A stretch of DNA of 64,000 nt from Acidobacteriota bacterium (GTDB lineage Bacteria > Acidobacteriota > Terriglobia > Acidiferrales > UBA7541), in contig QHYE01000060.1 of assembly GCA_003224055.1 (NCBI GenBank), forward strand, positions 739-64,738. Direction: 5' to 3'. Numbering within the stretch: the stretch's first letter is position 1; each line of letters begins with the position of its first letter. The notes under the pieces are model-generated. The model was given only the letters and a program-made list of their open reading frames with translations. It did no database searches and was not told the origin of the DNA. The position numbers were made by a program, and so were the translations under genes. Below, in pieces: positions 12,116 through 21,849 of the stretch.

Positions 12116-13747
12116 TTGCGCATACCAAGAGGAGGATTTGCCGTGCTCCAGCAACGCTTGTTCGCCTGTGCGCTCTTGCTCTCTGCCCTTCTAGCCGGCC
12201 CCTCGGTCGCTCGAGCGGATAGTTCCGCCGGCGTGGCCGCCTCCGGCCAGCTTGGCAAAGTGGATTTCCCGACGAGTTGCGCCGCGGAAGTGCAGCCCTC
12301 GCTCGAAAAAGGCCTCGCCCTTCTGCACTCGTTCCAGTACACAGAATCCGAGAAGACCTTTGCTGACGCCTCGACTCGCGATCCGAAATGCGCCATCGCG
12401 CACTGGGGCAAAGCCATGGCCACGTATCTCCAGATTTGGGAGTTTCCGAATGACAAGACTCTGAAAGGCGGCCGCAAGGAGATTGAGAAGGCGCAGAAAC
12501 TCCATCCGGCTCTTCCACGCGAGCAGGATTTCATCAATGCGGCAGCCGCCTTCTTCCAGAACAAATCCAAGATGTCCCACGCCTCCCGTATCCAGGCCTA
12601 CTCCTCAGCGCTGGAGCGCCTGCACGCGCAATCTCCCGGCGATGTGGAAATCAGCGCTTTCTATGCGCTCTCGCTGATCGCGCTCGCCGAAGAAGATGTC
12701 GACAATATTGCCAACCGGAAGAAGGCTATCTCCATTCTCGATCCGTTGCTCCAGTCGCGTCCCGATCACCCCGGTGTCGCGCATTATCTGATTCACGCCG
12801 CGGACCGGCCGGAGTTCGCGCCGCAAGGTCTTGAAGCGGCTCGCCGCTACGCGGCCATCGCTCCGGATTCCGCGCACGCCTTGCACATGCCTTCCCACCT
12901 CTTTGTCCGACTCGGCCTCTGGCAGGATTCCATCGTCTCGAATATCGCCGCGAATACTTCAGGCGCTCATGCCGCGGAACTGCATCTTGCCGAATCTCAC
13001 TATCAAACCCACGCCATGGACTTCTTGAGCTACTCGTATCTTCAGAGTGGCCAGGAAGCCAAAGCTCGCGAAGTCATCGACCACACGGACCATGTCGTTG
13101 GGGCGAGCGAGGAGAATAGGGCCGAAGATCGCGCCTATCTTGCTGCCCGGACCGCCGTCGAGCTGCACCGCTGGAAGGAAGCCGCCGCATTGCCGATTAC
13201 CACCCTGCGCAAGAACTGGCAGGACACCACGTTCTGGGCCCGCGCCATCGGCGCCGCGCGCACCGGCGACGTGACCTCCGCGGAATCTGCCGTCAAGGAG
13301 CTCACGCAACTCGTTGCCGAACGCGAGAAGCGCGCGCGCAAGAGAGGCTATTCCGTTTCGAATGAAAAGGCTGCCGACCTCCGCGAAGCGGAAGCTTGGC
13401 TGGCCTTTGCCAAAGGAAAGTCCGACGAGGCTCTGCAAGAATTGCGTGCCGCCGCAGACCATCAGGACAAGAACGGCGGCGAGTCCGTCAGCATCCCCGC
13501 ACGCGAAATGCTCGCGGACATGCTCTCCGAACGCAAGCGTCCCGCCGAAGCGCTTGTTGAATACCAGACGGACATCAAGAATTCACCGAATCGCTTCGAT
13601 GCGCTCCTTGGCGCCGCGCGCGCTGCCCAGGCTGCCGGAGACGCCGCCGTGGCACAATCGTTCTACGCTCAGCTCGCTTCGATTTGTTCGCCTGGCGCTG
13701 ATCGTCCCGAGCTGGCCGAAGTGAAAACCTTTCTCGCGCGGAAATAG
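12116..13747 (+). CDS. secreted TPR-like helical-repeat protein
   Basis: Signal-like LFACALLLSALLAGPSVARA followed by repeated helical TPR-like segments. No enzyme motif recognised. Confidence 0.75.
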   Translation: MRIPRGGFAVLQQRLFACALLLSALLAGPSVARADSSAGVAASGQLGKVDFPTSCAAEVQPSLEKGLALLHSFQYTESEKTFADASTRDPKCAIAHWGKAMATYLQIWEFPNDKTLKGGRKEIEKAQKLHPALPREQDFINAAAAFFQNKSKMSHASRIQAYSSALERLHAQSPGDVEISAFYALSLIALAEEDVDNIANRKKAISILDPLLQSRPDHPGVAHYLIHAADRPEFAPQGLEAARRYAAIAPDSAHALHMPSHLFVRLGLWQDSIVSNIAANTSGAHAAELHLAESHYQTHAMDFLSYSYLQSGQEAKAREVIDHTDHVVGASEENRAEDRAYLAARTAVELHRWKEAAALPITTLRKNWQDTTFWARAIGAARTGDVTSAESAVKELTQLVAEREKRARKRGYSVSNEKAADLREAEAWLAFAKGKSDEALQELRAAADHQDKNGGESVSIPAREMLADMLSERKRPAEALVEYQTDIKNSPNRFDALLGAARAAQAAGDAAVAQSFYAQLASICSPGADRPELAEVKTFLARK

Positions 13748-13790
13748 CGAAGCATTCCTCCTCAACACTCTTTGCGCATGTTGCTGCGGA

Positions 13791-15350
13791 CTACTGGACT
13801 TTGTTGTGCTGCACGTTGCCGCCCCAGGCATACCATCCGTCGGCGTCCTTGTTCCCCGTCTTCAGACAGATGAGCCGCCCGTCGGAAGTTCCGACGTAGA
13901 GATTGCCCTTCGCCAGCGCCGGTTGAAACGCGATCGGGGCCTTCATCGCGTAGGAAAAACCAACGCCACCATCGCTTTGGTTCACGGAAAGGAGATGACC
14001 ATCCGCTCCAGCGAGATACAAATAGTCACGGCCCACCGCCGGCGGCGAGAAAATCTGCCCGCCCGGCGCGGCATGCGACCCGACAACTTCCGCCTGCCAC
14101 GACTGACCCCCATCCGAGGCACGTACGGAGTTGATGTAGTTTCCCTGCGCATTCAGAATCTGTCCCTTGCTCACAGCTGCTCGCGAACCCTGATAGGCCC
14201 ACGCGCCAACCACAGTGCTTACTCCTAAATTGTCGTTGGCTTGCGCAAGCTTCGCGGCGGGCGGAGCCGCGCTAAAGCCCACCGAAGAATCTAAGCTCGC
14301 TGTGGCTTGAGCCGAAAGAGCAACGCCTCCTCCGTTTCCCTTCTGTAGGTACTCGGCTTTGCTCTTGGCAATCAGCTCCTTGTCTTGCGCTTCGCCCTTC
14401 TTTGCGTCCACTCGCGCAAGGCCCTCGAACATTTCCTTCCCTCTTCCGCCCTTGCGTGTTTCGTAGAGCTGGCCACTGGAGATCACCGGAGCGCTCGTTG
14501 CCGCATTCGCCTTCACCCAAACCACGGAACCGTCCGTCGCATTCAGCGCATAGGAATTGCCGTCGAACGTCGTGAAGTACACTGTTCCATCGGAAATGAC
14601 TGGTGCGGTTATCACATCCCCGGAGATTTCCTGTTCCCAGATGTGCCGGCCTGTTTTCAAGTCCGCTGCCAAAAGGCGGTGACTTCCGCCCGGCCACGCT
14701 GCTTGAGGATGAAACTCCGCGCGCTTCGCGGGCCTGCCTGTTGCCGCCGGATGCGCCGTGTACAGCACGCCCTTATCGATCGCCGGCTGGCTCATCAGCG
14801 GGTCTCCCAGCCACTCCTGCCAGACCAAGCGTCCCCTCCGTTCATCCACCACAATCAGCGTGCAGCTCTCCGTGTTAAACGCCACCAATCCGTCCGCTAC
14901 CACCGCAGCCGTCGGTCCGTCCTCGCCCGTCTGGATCTGCCAAATGATTTTTCCGGTTTCCGCATCGACCGCATAAAAATCGTGCGAGCCATAGCCACCG
15001 CCCACAAAAAGCATCCCGTCCGCATAAGCAGGGGTGGCGATCGGCCGTCCGCCCGGGAGCCGCAGCACCCACCCGCTCCTTCCGTCGGACGTGCCAAACG
15101 AGGCAGCTTCCAGGTCGCGCTTCGGCCTCGGAAGATTCACGTTCACTCCGGTGCTCAAATCAATCCGCTTCACGGCCTGCTTGGCCGGACCTTCGGCAGC
15201 CTTGCTCGCAGCTGCCGTTATGGTCTTGACCTCTTGACGGGAGTCCGGCGGGAACAGGGCTGTGACACCCAGGAGCAAGCTCAAACTTGCCCCGAGAGAT
15301 AGCGCCCAACTGGACTGGGAAGACATAGAACCTCCATGGCGCAACGCCAT
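13791..15350 (-). CDS. PQQ-like (BamB-type) beta-propeller repeat protein, secreted
   Basis: Repeats such as GMLFVGGGYGSHDFYAVDAETGKIIWQ, LVAFNTESCTLIVVDERRGRLVWQ, TVYFTTFDGNSYALNATDGSVVW and NLYVGTSDGRLICL. An alternative start is at 15326. Confidence 0.85.
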   Translation of the reverse strand: MALRHGGSMSSQSSWALSLGASLSLLLGVTALFPPDSRQEVKTITAAASKAAEGPAKQAVKRIDLSTGVNVNLPRPKRDLEAASFGTSDGRSGWVLRLPGGRPIATPAYADGMLFVGGGYGSHDFYAVDAETGKIIWQIQTGEDGPTAAVVADGLVAFNTESCTLIVVDERRGRLVWQEWLGDPLMSQPAIDKGVLYTAHPAATGRPAKRAEFHPQAAWPGGSHRLLAADLKTGRHIWEQEISGDVITAPVISDGTVYFTTFDGNSYALNATDGSVVWVKANAATSAPVISSGQLYETRKGGRGKEMFEGLARVDAKKGEAQDKELIAKSKAEYLQKGNGGGVALSAQATASLDSSVGFSAAPPAAKLAQANDNLGVSTVVGAWAYQGSRAAVSKGQILNAQGNYINSVRASDGGQSWQAEVVGSHAAPGGQIFSPPAVGRDYLYLAGADGHLLSVNQSDGGVGFSYAMKAPIAFQPALAKGNLYVGTSDGRLICLKTGNKDADGWYAWGGNVQHNKVQ

Positions 15351-15427
15351 CTGGAGGACAGTTGCGCTTGAAATTAGAACGGTTGGGTCGAAGAACCTTG
15401 CAGGGTTTTTGGAAAATTTCTGGTGGC

Positions 15428-18055
15428 TCAGTCTATAAAATCGATAACCGCCCCTTCGCGCCGGTCTTGGAATCCGGCGAACTGGCCGAAGTTTGGCGCG
15501 GTCACGTTGTTGTACACGGCGTTGAAATTGCCGTGATTTGTGACGTTCAGCGAGTACACACCCAGCCTGACGTGATGCGCCTTTCCTTTGCCGTGTTCTG
15601 AGCCAAGAAATGGAATGCGGAATTCGCGATAGAGTTTCACGTCCAGCGTGAAAAACGAATTGAAGCGCTGCCCGTTCGGCGTCCCCACATAGTTTTGCAG
15701 CGTATCGATGTTGGAATAGGGATAGCCAGTGTGTATATCCGCGATTGGGCTGAACTTGAAGCCGCGCGGCAAGGAAACAATTCCCCAGGTCACAACGCGG
15801 TTGGGCACGTCATACGGCAGAATGCCGTATACATTCGGGCGAATCACCGGCTGCGCGAAAGGAATGAGCACGGCAGAAAGATTGTTCAAATCCCCGCGCG
15901 TACGGCTCCAGATGTAGGAGACATTTACCTCATCGTTGCGATGAAAGGTGAAATGTACGGTGCTTTCCAGCTCGCGATAATGCGATGAGCCCGTGTCCGT
16001 GAGAGCCAAATAGGATTGCGCACCCGGCGCAGCCGTGAAAGGATTCACCGTAAACAGATGCGTTGTGTGGCTATCGGTATAACCGACGCGCAAAGACACA
16101 TTTCTCCGCAACTGGCGTTCGACTTCGATGTTCCATGTCAGGTTGCGTGGCGTCGTGCCCGGCTGGCTCGGCAATGCGCTCGCAGTCAGTGGGTTCATCC
16201 TGCCGGCGTAGGCGTTCGTGTAGGTAACCGGGGGCCCGCTCGGCAGGCCCGCCGTATCAAATGGCGTGATCACGCGAATTGGGTTCGCTGCGAAGTCTCC
16301 CGCCAGAAGCGGCAGCAAGCTATAGAACAAGCCCACGCCCGTTCGAATGACGGTCTTGCCGTCTTTGCCGGGAGAGTAGGCCACCCCGGCGCGCGGAGCC
16401 ACCGCGCCGGACCAACCCTTGGTCTCGCTCGACAATCGTGCTCCCAGATCAACGGCCCAATTGGAATTCAGTACCCAGTGATCCTGGAGGAATTCCGCCA
16501 CGGCCGTGTCCGATGCGTTCTGCGCTGTCCCAGGCAGAAAAGTTGTCTCTTGCGCCAGCGTCCCATCCTGACGAAGGACTTGCACCGGATTCGAGCTGCT
16601 GATTCCTGCGTACGACCGATGATCGAAATCTACGCCCACGTGGACTTCGTGGCGGCCGTGCCAGTGTTTCTCGGCGAATTGGTACGCGGAGACCAGTTGA
16701 AATTCCTTGCCCTTGCGCGACCATTGATTGAAGAAATTCCCGCCCCAGCCTTCCGGCGTAACCAGCATGTCCGCCGGGCCTTGGCCATGCGCATTGCTGT
16801 CAAACCGCGTGTACTGCGCAATCGTGCTGAAGATGGCACCCGAGCCAAACTGATACCGATCCGTCAGCCCAACCGCTATGCCTTTTTGGTTCAGGTCGTT
16901 CGAGGCCGGCTGGGGAACGAGAGCATTGATATCCGCGTGCTGTTGCCGCAGCGGGAACGCATTCACCGTGAGCATCAGGATGTGTGTATTGGAGAGGATC
17001 GCCTCGACGGTCGAAAACGAGCTGAACCCTTGCTTCTTGCTGATGTCATTGGGCCAGGGCAAGCCGCGCACCGTGCGCTTTTTCATGTCGTACTGGAAAA
17101 TTTCCGAAAATAGCAGTTTGTGGGCAAGCAACGGTACGCCAAAGTCCAGCCCCGGGGTCGCCTCCTGCAGTCCGATCATGCTCCCGTTCTTGCCGAGTAC
17201 GGACGGAATGAAACTTTTCAATCGGTAGTTCCACCGGTCGTCGGGAGGTTTGGTTTCTACCACCGTCAATCCACCGGAAAAACTTCCCAGGCCCGCGTTA
17301 TACGGCGTCTTGTACACCGCGAAGGACTGCACGGCGTCAGTCGGCACCGGCACGGAGAAACTTCCCGTCACCGGATCAGTGGTCCGCGCCGAATTCACGA
17401 GCAACAAGCTCTGATTCTCGTCCGCGCCTTTGAAGTTCAGTTTTCCATCCTGTGTTTTCACTACCCCGGGAGTAACCGGCAGAACTTCACGGATCCTTTC
17501 TTGCGCCGTCGGAAGTGAAATCAGTTGGCGCTGGGTAAGGGTCACGCTCGGCGTCGACACGCTCTCGGTCGCGATGGCTTGCGTATCTTCGCTGACTTCC
17601 ACTTTTTCCGTGACGGTCTCCAGCTCCGCGCGAATATCCAGAGCAGTAGCCTGTCCCGCATTCACTGTGACCGTCTTTGTATAGGGTTTAAATCCCGGCT
17701 GGTTGATAGAAATCGTGTACGTCCCCGGCTTGAGGCCCTTGAATTCGTAGCTCCCCGCCTCGTCCGTACCCGCTGTAAGCGGGCTGCCGTCGGGCCCCGG
17801 TGTCAGCTTCAAAATAACGCCTGCCAGGCCACTCGAAGTGTTCTCCTGCAGCGTGGTCACCGTCCCGTGAATGGACCCTGAACGTGGATTCTCTCCGCGA
17901 GAGTGGGTTTCTTGCGCAAACACCGGACCAGCCGCGAGCAGCAATATAAAAACAGCCACCGCCTCCAGAAACCAACCGCAGGCGAGGCGCCATGCCCGCG
18001 CAGTCGTGGGAGGTGAAGGCACGGTTCTGCCACTGTCAGGTCGAGGGAAGCTCAT
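15428..18055 (-). CDS. TonB-dependent receptor with carboxypeptidase-regulatory-like N-terminal domain
   Basis: GSIHGTVTT...GVILKLTPG...TDEAGSYEFKGLKPGTYTISINQPGFKPYTKTVTV is CarboxypepD_reg-like. It is followed by a plug and a long beta-barrel. Confidence 0.88.
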   Translation of the reverse strand: MSFPRPDSGRTVPSPPTTARAWRLACGWFLEAVAVFILLLAAGPVFAQETHSRGENPRSGSIHGTVTTLQENTSSGLAGVILKLTPGPDGSPLTAGTDEAGSYEFKGLKPGTYTISINQPGFKPYTKTVTVNAGQATALDIRAELETVTEKVEVSEDTQAIATESVSTPSVTLTQRQLISLPTAQERIREVLPVTPGVVKTQDGKLNFKGADENQSLLLVNSARTTDPVTGSFSVPVPTDAVQSFAVYKTPYNAGLGSFSGGLTVVETKPPDDRWNYRLKSFIPSVLGKNGSMIGLQEATPGLDFGVPLLAHKLLFSEIFQYDMKKRTVRGLPWPNDISKKQGFSSFSTVEAILSNTHILMLTVNAFPLRQQHADINALVPQPASNDLNQKGIAVGLTDRYQFGSGAIFSTIAQYTRFDSNAHGQGPADMLVTPEGWGGNFFNQWSRKGKEFQLVSAYQFAEKHWHGRHEVHVGVDFDHRSYAGISSSNPVQVLRQDGTLAQETTFLPGTAQNASDTAVAEFLQDHWVLNSNWAVDLGARLSSETKGWSGAVAPRAGVAYSPGKDGKTVIRTGVGLFYSLLPLLAGDFAANPIRVITPFDTAGLPSGPPVTYTNAYAGRMNPLTASALPSQPGTTPRNLTWNIEVERQLRRNVSLRVGYTDSHTTHLFTVNPFTAAPGAQSYLALTDTGSSHYRELESTVHFTFHRNDEVNVSYIWSRTRGDLNNLSAVLIPFAQPVIRPNVYGILPYDVPNRVVTWGIVSLPRGFKFSPIADIHTGYPYSNIDTLQNYVGTPNGQRFNSFFTLDVKLYREFRIPFLGSEHGKGKAHHVRLGVYSLNVTNHGNFNAVYNNVTAPNFGQFAGFQDRREGAVIDFID

Positions 18056-18239
18056 AGTTCAATCAGCCCAAAGGCTAATTCCCAATTATCTCGCGACTAG
18101 TTCTAGTACACCGACGAATATCCGCGGCACCCTTGTCCAGCCAGTGAACAGGCTCGCTGCCCCTTTTGAAACTCCCCAGCGAGGGCCAGCCTTAAATCAG
18201 ATGCAGCCACAGGTCATCCTGTCCCAGTTCGGGGCACCA

Positions 18240-18281
18240 ATAAGAAAACCCCGCGAGGTACCGCCAATCCATCCTCGCGGG
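18240..18281 (-). terminator. intrinsic terminator after the second TonB-dependent receptor
   Basis: Minus strand reads CCCGCGAGG-(14 nt)-CCTCGCGGG followed by GTTTTCTTATT, starting 24 nt after the stop at 18305. Confidence 0.7.
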
Positions 18282-18304
18282 TCACCAGTTTGTTCAGGAC
18301 TGTC

Positions 18305-20944
18305 TTAGAAGTGAAAGCCCAGTTCGGCCGTGTACGTCCGCGGCGTCACAAAATGCGTTCCGCTGAACGTGGAGAGAAAATTGTAGAGCGCCACCTTGTT
18401 GGTTACGTTGATGGCCGTGAGGCGCAAGCTCCACTTGTAGCGATCGCCGCGGAGCAGGTTGTCGTCGCCGACGCTTAGATCAAACAGGTGCCTCGGCGCG
18501 ACGCGGGGCGGGTTGTGATCGTCGTTTGCCGTTCCCGGAGCCGGAAGGCTGATGCGCGTCGAACCATATAGTGTGGGATCGCAGGTGGTGAGCGGTGCCG
18601 TCAAAGTCGGAACCTGACTTCCGCAGAATAAGCCTGCCTGGATTTGCTGGTCCGCGGTGATGCCGGTCAAGTCCACGGGAGTCCCTGCGTCCGCCACCGG
18701 CACTGCCCCCGCAACCAGCCCGTTGTCATATCGCCAATTGAAGGCAATCCACGGCCACTCCTTCTTAGGCTGGTATTGCAGGTGCGTGGTTTGTTGGAAC
18801 TTCTGGTCGTGATCGATGCGGAACGCGCCGGCGGTCGTGAAATCCGTGCCCAACCCTCCCACTTGCGGATTGAAGAACCGCGAATTCACGCCGCTCATCA
18901 CCACGAACGCTGTCAACCCATGAAAATTCGGCACGCTTGTGCGCACCGAAAACCCGCTGATCTTCGAATTGTGCCAGGAGATAGGGAACGTAATAGGCGT
19001 GCCGAAGATGACGCCAAAGTCAAAAGCATTGTGGGTGTACTTCCACAAGTAGTCTGCGTCGACTACCACGTGTCGCCCGAAAGCCTGCTGGAACCCGCCG
19101 TGAAACTCGTTTCGCTGTCCGCCGCGAATCGATCCTGGGGCTCCCAGTACGCTGGAGAAGACACCTGCCGCATCCCCGAGACTTCCGACGATCAGGTTTT
19201 CGTTGAAGGGAGTTTCCAGAATCCGGGCGTAGGAAATCCTCAGCACGGTATTCGAAGGCTTGATGTTATAGGCGACGCCCAATCGAGGCTCTGCTTGCCA
19301 GTCGCGGCTGAGGCCGCGATAGATATCCCCGCGCACGCCCAGGTTGAACGACCAGTTTCCTGCCGTGATCGTGTCCTGAATATACAGCGCCACCTCCTTG
19401 ATGTCTGTATGCCCATGAAAGCGGAATAGGCCGCCTCCCTGCGTCAGGTCGAACGGCAGCAGAACCGCGCACGGATCGGGTGCCGGATTGCCGTTCGGGC
19501 ATCCGAGCGAGGGCAGAAAAGTCGGATCAACGATCCCAAGCCTTTCGTCCTCGGTCAGGAACGTATGCTGCAACGTCACCCCCGCCTTGATGTTGTGTCT
19601 CCCTTTCACGTACGAAACATCGGAACGAACGCCCAGGTTGCCTAGCGTACGATCTTGCGCGATGGTCGCGTTCTGCAGGAACGGGGTGAAATCGTCAAAT
19701 GGATTGCCGCTCGGGTAATAGTTGTAGTGATCTCGCCGCCCGAAGACTCCAAACGTAAAGAGAGTGGTGGAGCCAAACAGGTGCGTCCAAGTGGGGGCCA
19801 AGTTAAAAGTCTTGATCTGCGATCGCTGATCGCTGGGACCCAGGGGAGCGCCGGTCAGGGGATTCACCAGGAACGTGTCCGTGGCATCGCAATCAAACCC
19901 AAGCCCGGCAGGGCAAAGATGAAGTTGCGCGTCAAACGAATTGGGACTTTGAAACCAGGAACGCGTGTAGCCCGCGTTGAAATGGATGCTGTCCGCTTGG
20001 CTCAACTGAAAATCCACACGGTCAAACAGATTTTGCTGGTTCCCCTTGGAGTGCATCACCTGAAACTCCGGCGGATCGAGAAATCGGCTTGTTTCCAGAC
20101 CGTTTGCAGCGATGAAATTGCCCCACTTCTGTCCGCCGAAGGCCATGTCGAAGCTCGCTGTCGTGGTGCCAAAAGATCCGTACGACGCCCGCACGCTGCC
20201 AACCGGTTTCGTCTGGCCCATGCCCGAGCGCGTCGTGACTTTGATCACCAGGCTGGTCTTGTCGCCGAATTCCGCCGGCGGCGCGCCCGAAATCACTTCC
20301 AGCGATTGAATGGAATCCACGGGAATCTGGTTCGAGAAAACCTTGCTTTGCTGATCCGTGATCGGTTGTCCATCGACGGAAAACGAATTCTCCGCGTGAT
20401 CGCCCAGGCCGTGAAAGAGACCATTCGAATCGGCCACAACGCCCGGTGATGCCAGCGTCACCAGTGAACTGACCGAGGAGGATGGACTCTCGAGCGGCAG
20501 CTTTTCAAAAAGCCCGCGATCCACGTCCGTGTGAAAGGTAGAATCGTTTTCAAGGAGATCCGAACCCGTGGCCTCCACCGTGATACTCGTCGCGGCGGTT
20601 CCAATTTTCAAAATGATCGGCACCGTCGTCGGAACAGTTGAGCGCACATCCACGTCCTGCGTAAACGAGGCGAACCCGGGCGCCGTCACTACCAGGTGAT
20701 AAGGATTGAATGGCACGTTTGCGAAACGATAGCCACCATCGCTTCCCGTGGTGGTTTCCCGGTGATATCCGCTCACGGGATAGGAAATTTCCACCGTCGC
20801 ACCGGCGACCACTCCGCCGGATGCATCTTTCACTACGCCTTCTATCGAGCCGGAATTCCCTACTTGCGCCTTTGTTGGCCCAGCCGCCAAGCACAGAAAA
20901 AAGCCCAAAACCAAAATCACGTAAGTACTCAATCGCTTCAACAT
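18305..20944 (-). CDS. TonB-dependent receptor with carboxypeptidase-regulatory-like N-terminal domain
   Basis: Signal peptide, then GSIEGVVKDASGGVVAGATVEISYPVSGYHRETTTGSDGGYRFANVPFNPYHLVVTAPGF. C-terminus ...TYTAELGFHF ends in the terminal aromatic residue typical of outer-membrane barrels. Confidence 0.9.
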   Translation of the reverse strand: MLKRLSTYVILVLGFFLCLAAGPTKAQVGNSGSIEGVVKDASGGVVAGATVEISYPVSGYHRETTTGSDGGYRFANVPFNPYHLVVTAPGFASFTQDVDVRSTVPTTVPIILKIGTAATSITVEATGSDLLENDSTFHTDVDRGLFEKLPLESPSSSVSSLVTLASPGVVADSNGLFHGLGDHAENSFSVDGQPITDQQSKVFSNQIPVDSIQSLEVISGAPPAEFGDKTSLVIKVTTRSGMGQTKPVGSVRASYGSFGTTTASFDMAFGGQKWGNFIAANGLETSRFLDPPEFQVMHSKGNQQNLFDRVDFQLSQADSIHFNAGYTRSWFQSPNSFDAQLHLCPAGLGFDCDATDTFLVNPLTGAPLGPSDQRSQIKTFNLAPTWTHLFGSTTLFTFGVFGRRDHYNYYPSGNPFDDFTPFLQNATIAQDRTLGNLGVRSDVSYVKGRHNIKAGVTLQHTFLTEDERLGIVDPTFLPSLGCPNGNPAPDPCAVLLPFDLTQGGGLFRFHGHTDIKEVALYIQDTITAGNWSFNLGVRGDIYRGLSRDWQAEPRLGVAYNIKPSNTVLRISYARILETPFNENLIVGSLGDAAGVFSSVLGAPGSIRGGQRNEFHGGFQQAFGRHVVVDADYLWKYTHNAFDFGVIFGTPITFPISWHNSKISGFSVRTSVPNFHGLTAFVVMSGVNSRFFNPQVGGLGTDFTTAGAFRIDHDQKFQQTTHLQYQPKKEWPWIAFNWRYDNGLVAGAVPVADAGTPVDLTGITADQQIQAGLFCGSQVPTLTAPLTTCDPTLYGSTRISLPAPGTANDDHNPPRVAPRHLFDLSVGDDNLLRGDRYKWSLRLTAINVTNKVALYNFLSTFSGTHFVTPRTYTAELGFHF

Positions 20945-20990
20945 TTTTTCTCCATCCCCCCAAGGGTTATCGATAATGAGCGTGGATAGA

Positions 20991-21013
20991 AACCGCCTGG
21001 AACTGTGGCGGTT
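20991..21013 (-). promoter_or_regulatory. hairpin between mini-protein P1 and the TonB-dependent receptor (attenuator or terminator-like)
   Basis: Minus strand reads AACCGCC-ACAGTTCCA-GGCGGTT followed by TCTATCC. It lies 62 nt after the P1 stop and 47 nt before the receptor ATG. Confidence 0.35.
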
Positions 21014-21074
21014 GCGCGACAGCCTGGATAGGCGTCATCGCACAGGGATTGAAACTATCGAATTGGAGATTGCG

Positions 21075-21383
21075 TTACGCGGAGGGAGGGGCGCGCCCGG
21101 CGCGATGCAGGGCAAACGAATCGCTGGGGGCCGCGTGCAGCGGGAGCGAGGAATACCAGGTAACAAACTCAGGTGTGCTGACGAGATCCAGCGGTGCCGC
21201 TGCCAGAGTCGGCATGTGCAACGCCTGGCAAATATGACACGCTGGGTCCGGACCCTTCGTGTGCTGGTGAAGGAAGCTGCCGCCTGCCGCGAAATACAGC
21301 AGCGCGGCGCAAGCCAGTATCGCCAGCGCGCGCTGTGCCGTCGATCGTCTGAAAATCGTATTCTCCCAGTGCATAAGCGACAC
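21075..21383 (-). CDS. small membrane-anchored Cys/His protein ending in RAPPSA (P1)
   Basis: 102 aa. One TM helix (ALAILACAALLYFAAGGSFL), then HQH...DPACHICQALH, and the tail ALHRAGRAPPSA-stop. Paralogous to 21504..21779. Start is GTG 21383 or ATG 21374. Confidence 0.65.
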   Translation of the reverse strand: MSLMHWENTIFRRSTAQRALAILACAALLYFAAGGSFLHQHTKGPDPACHICQALHMPTLAAAPLDLVSTPEFVTWYSSLPLHAAPSDSFALHRAGRAPPSA

Positions 21384-21458
21384 TTTAGCTTAGCACCTTA
21401 GACGGGCTGCCAGGCAAGTTGGTTGCTATTGAGGTACCTGGGGGGAAGGGCGGGTAGC

Positions 21459-21487
21459 TTGACCTCGCAACCATTCTTCCCTAAGCT
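21459..21487 (+). promoter_or_regulatory. candidate promoter for P2 and the porin operon
   Basis: TTGACC (21459-21464), a 17-nt spacer, then TAAGCT (21482-21487). This would leave a very short leader before the ATG at 21504. Confidence 0.3.
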
Positions 21488-21503
21488 CCGTCTTACTAAC
21501 CAG

Positions 21504-21779
21504 ATGCGAGTCAACGCCCGGGGAACGTGCTTTCTCATTTTTCTTGTCGGCGCCTTCTTCCTGGCGACGCAGTTTCACTATTGCACTGACCTCATGGTTG
21601 ACCCGTCCGCTTCTCACATTTGTTCAGCATGTTCCACCATGGATTCCTTGGTAGCCGCGCCGGTGCCGCAGCTTGCCATCGCGCACGTCAACCACCGCTT
21701 GGAGATTGTGCCTTCGGTCCGCACAATCTTTCTGGCGGCTCCGCGCACTGCCTCTCTGCGCGCGCCTCCCTCCCTCTAG
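21504..21779 (+). CDS. small membrane-anchored Cys/His protein ending in RAPPSL (P2)
   Basis: 91 aa from the ATG at 21504 (the track ORF starts at TTG 21423). TM helix CFLIFLVGAFFLATQF, then HYC...DPSASHICSAC, and the tail ASLRAPPSL-stop. Same architecture as P1. Confidence 0.65.
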   Translation: MRVNARGTCFLIFLVGAFFLATQFHYCTDLMVDPSASHICSACSTMDSLVAAPVPQLAIAHVNHRLEIVPSVRTIFLAAPRTASLRAPPSL

Positions 21780-21849
21780 TTACTCGCGGTGCCCCGGTAA
21801 CAATCCCTAGGTGTCCAGACTATCGGTTGTATGAGTGAGGAGTAATGCC

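Noticed and set aside
21384-21503. A Zur/Fur box in the P1/P2 divergent spacer.
   Set aside because: I found only short partial inverted repeats (TAGCTTAG / CTAAGCT, CTTAGACGG / CCGTCTTAC). Nothing resembles the A/T-rich Fur/Zur palindromes, so no call was made.
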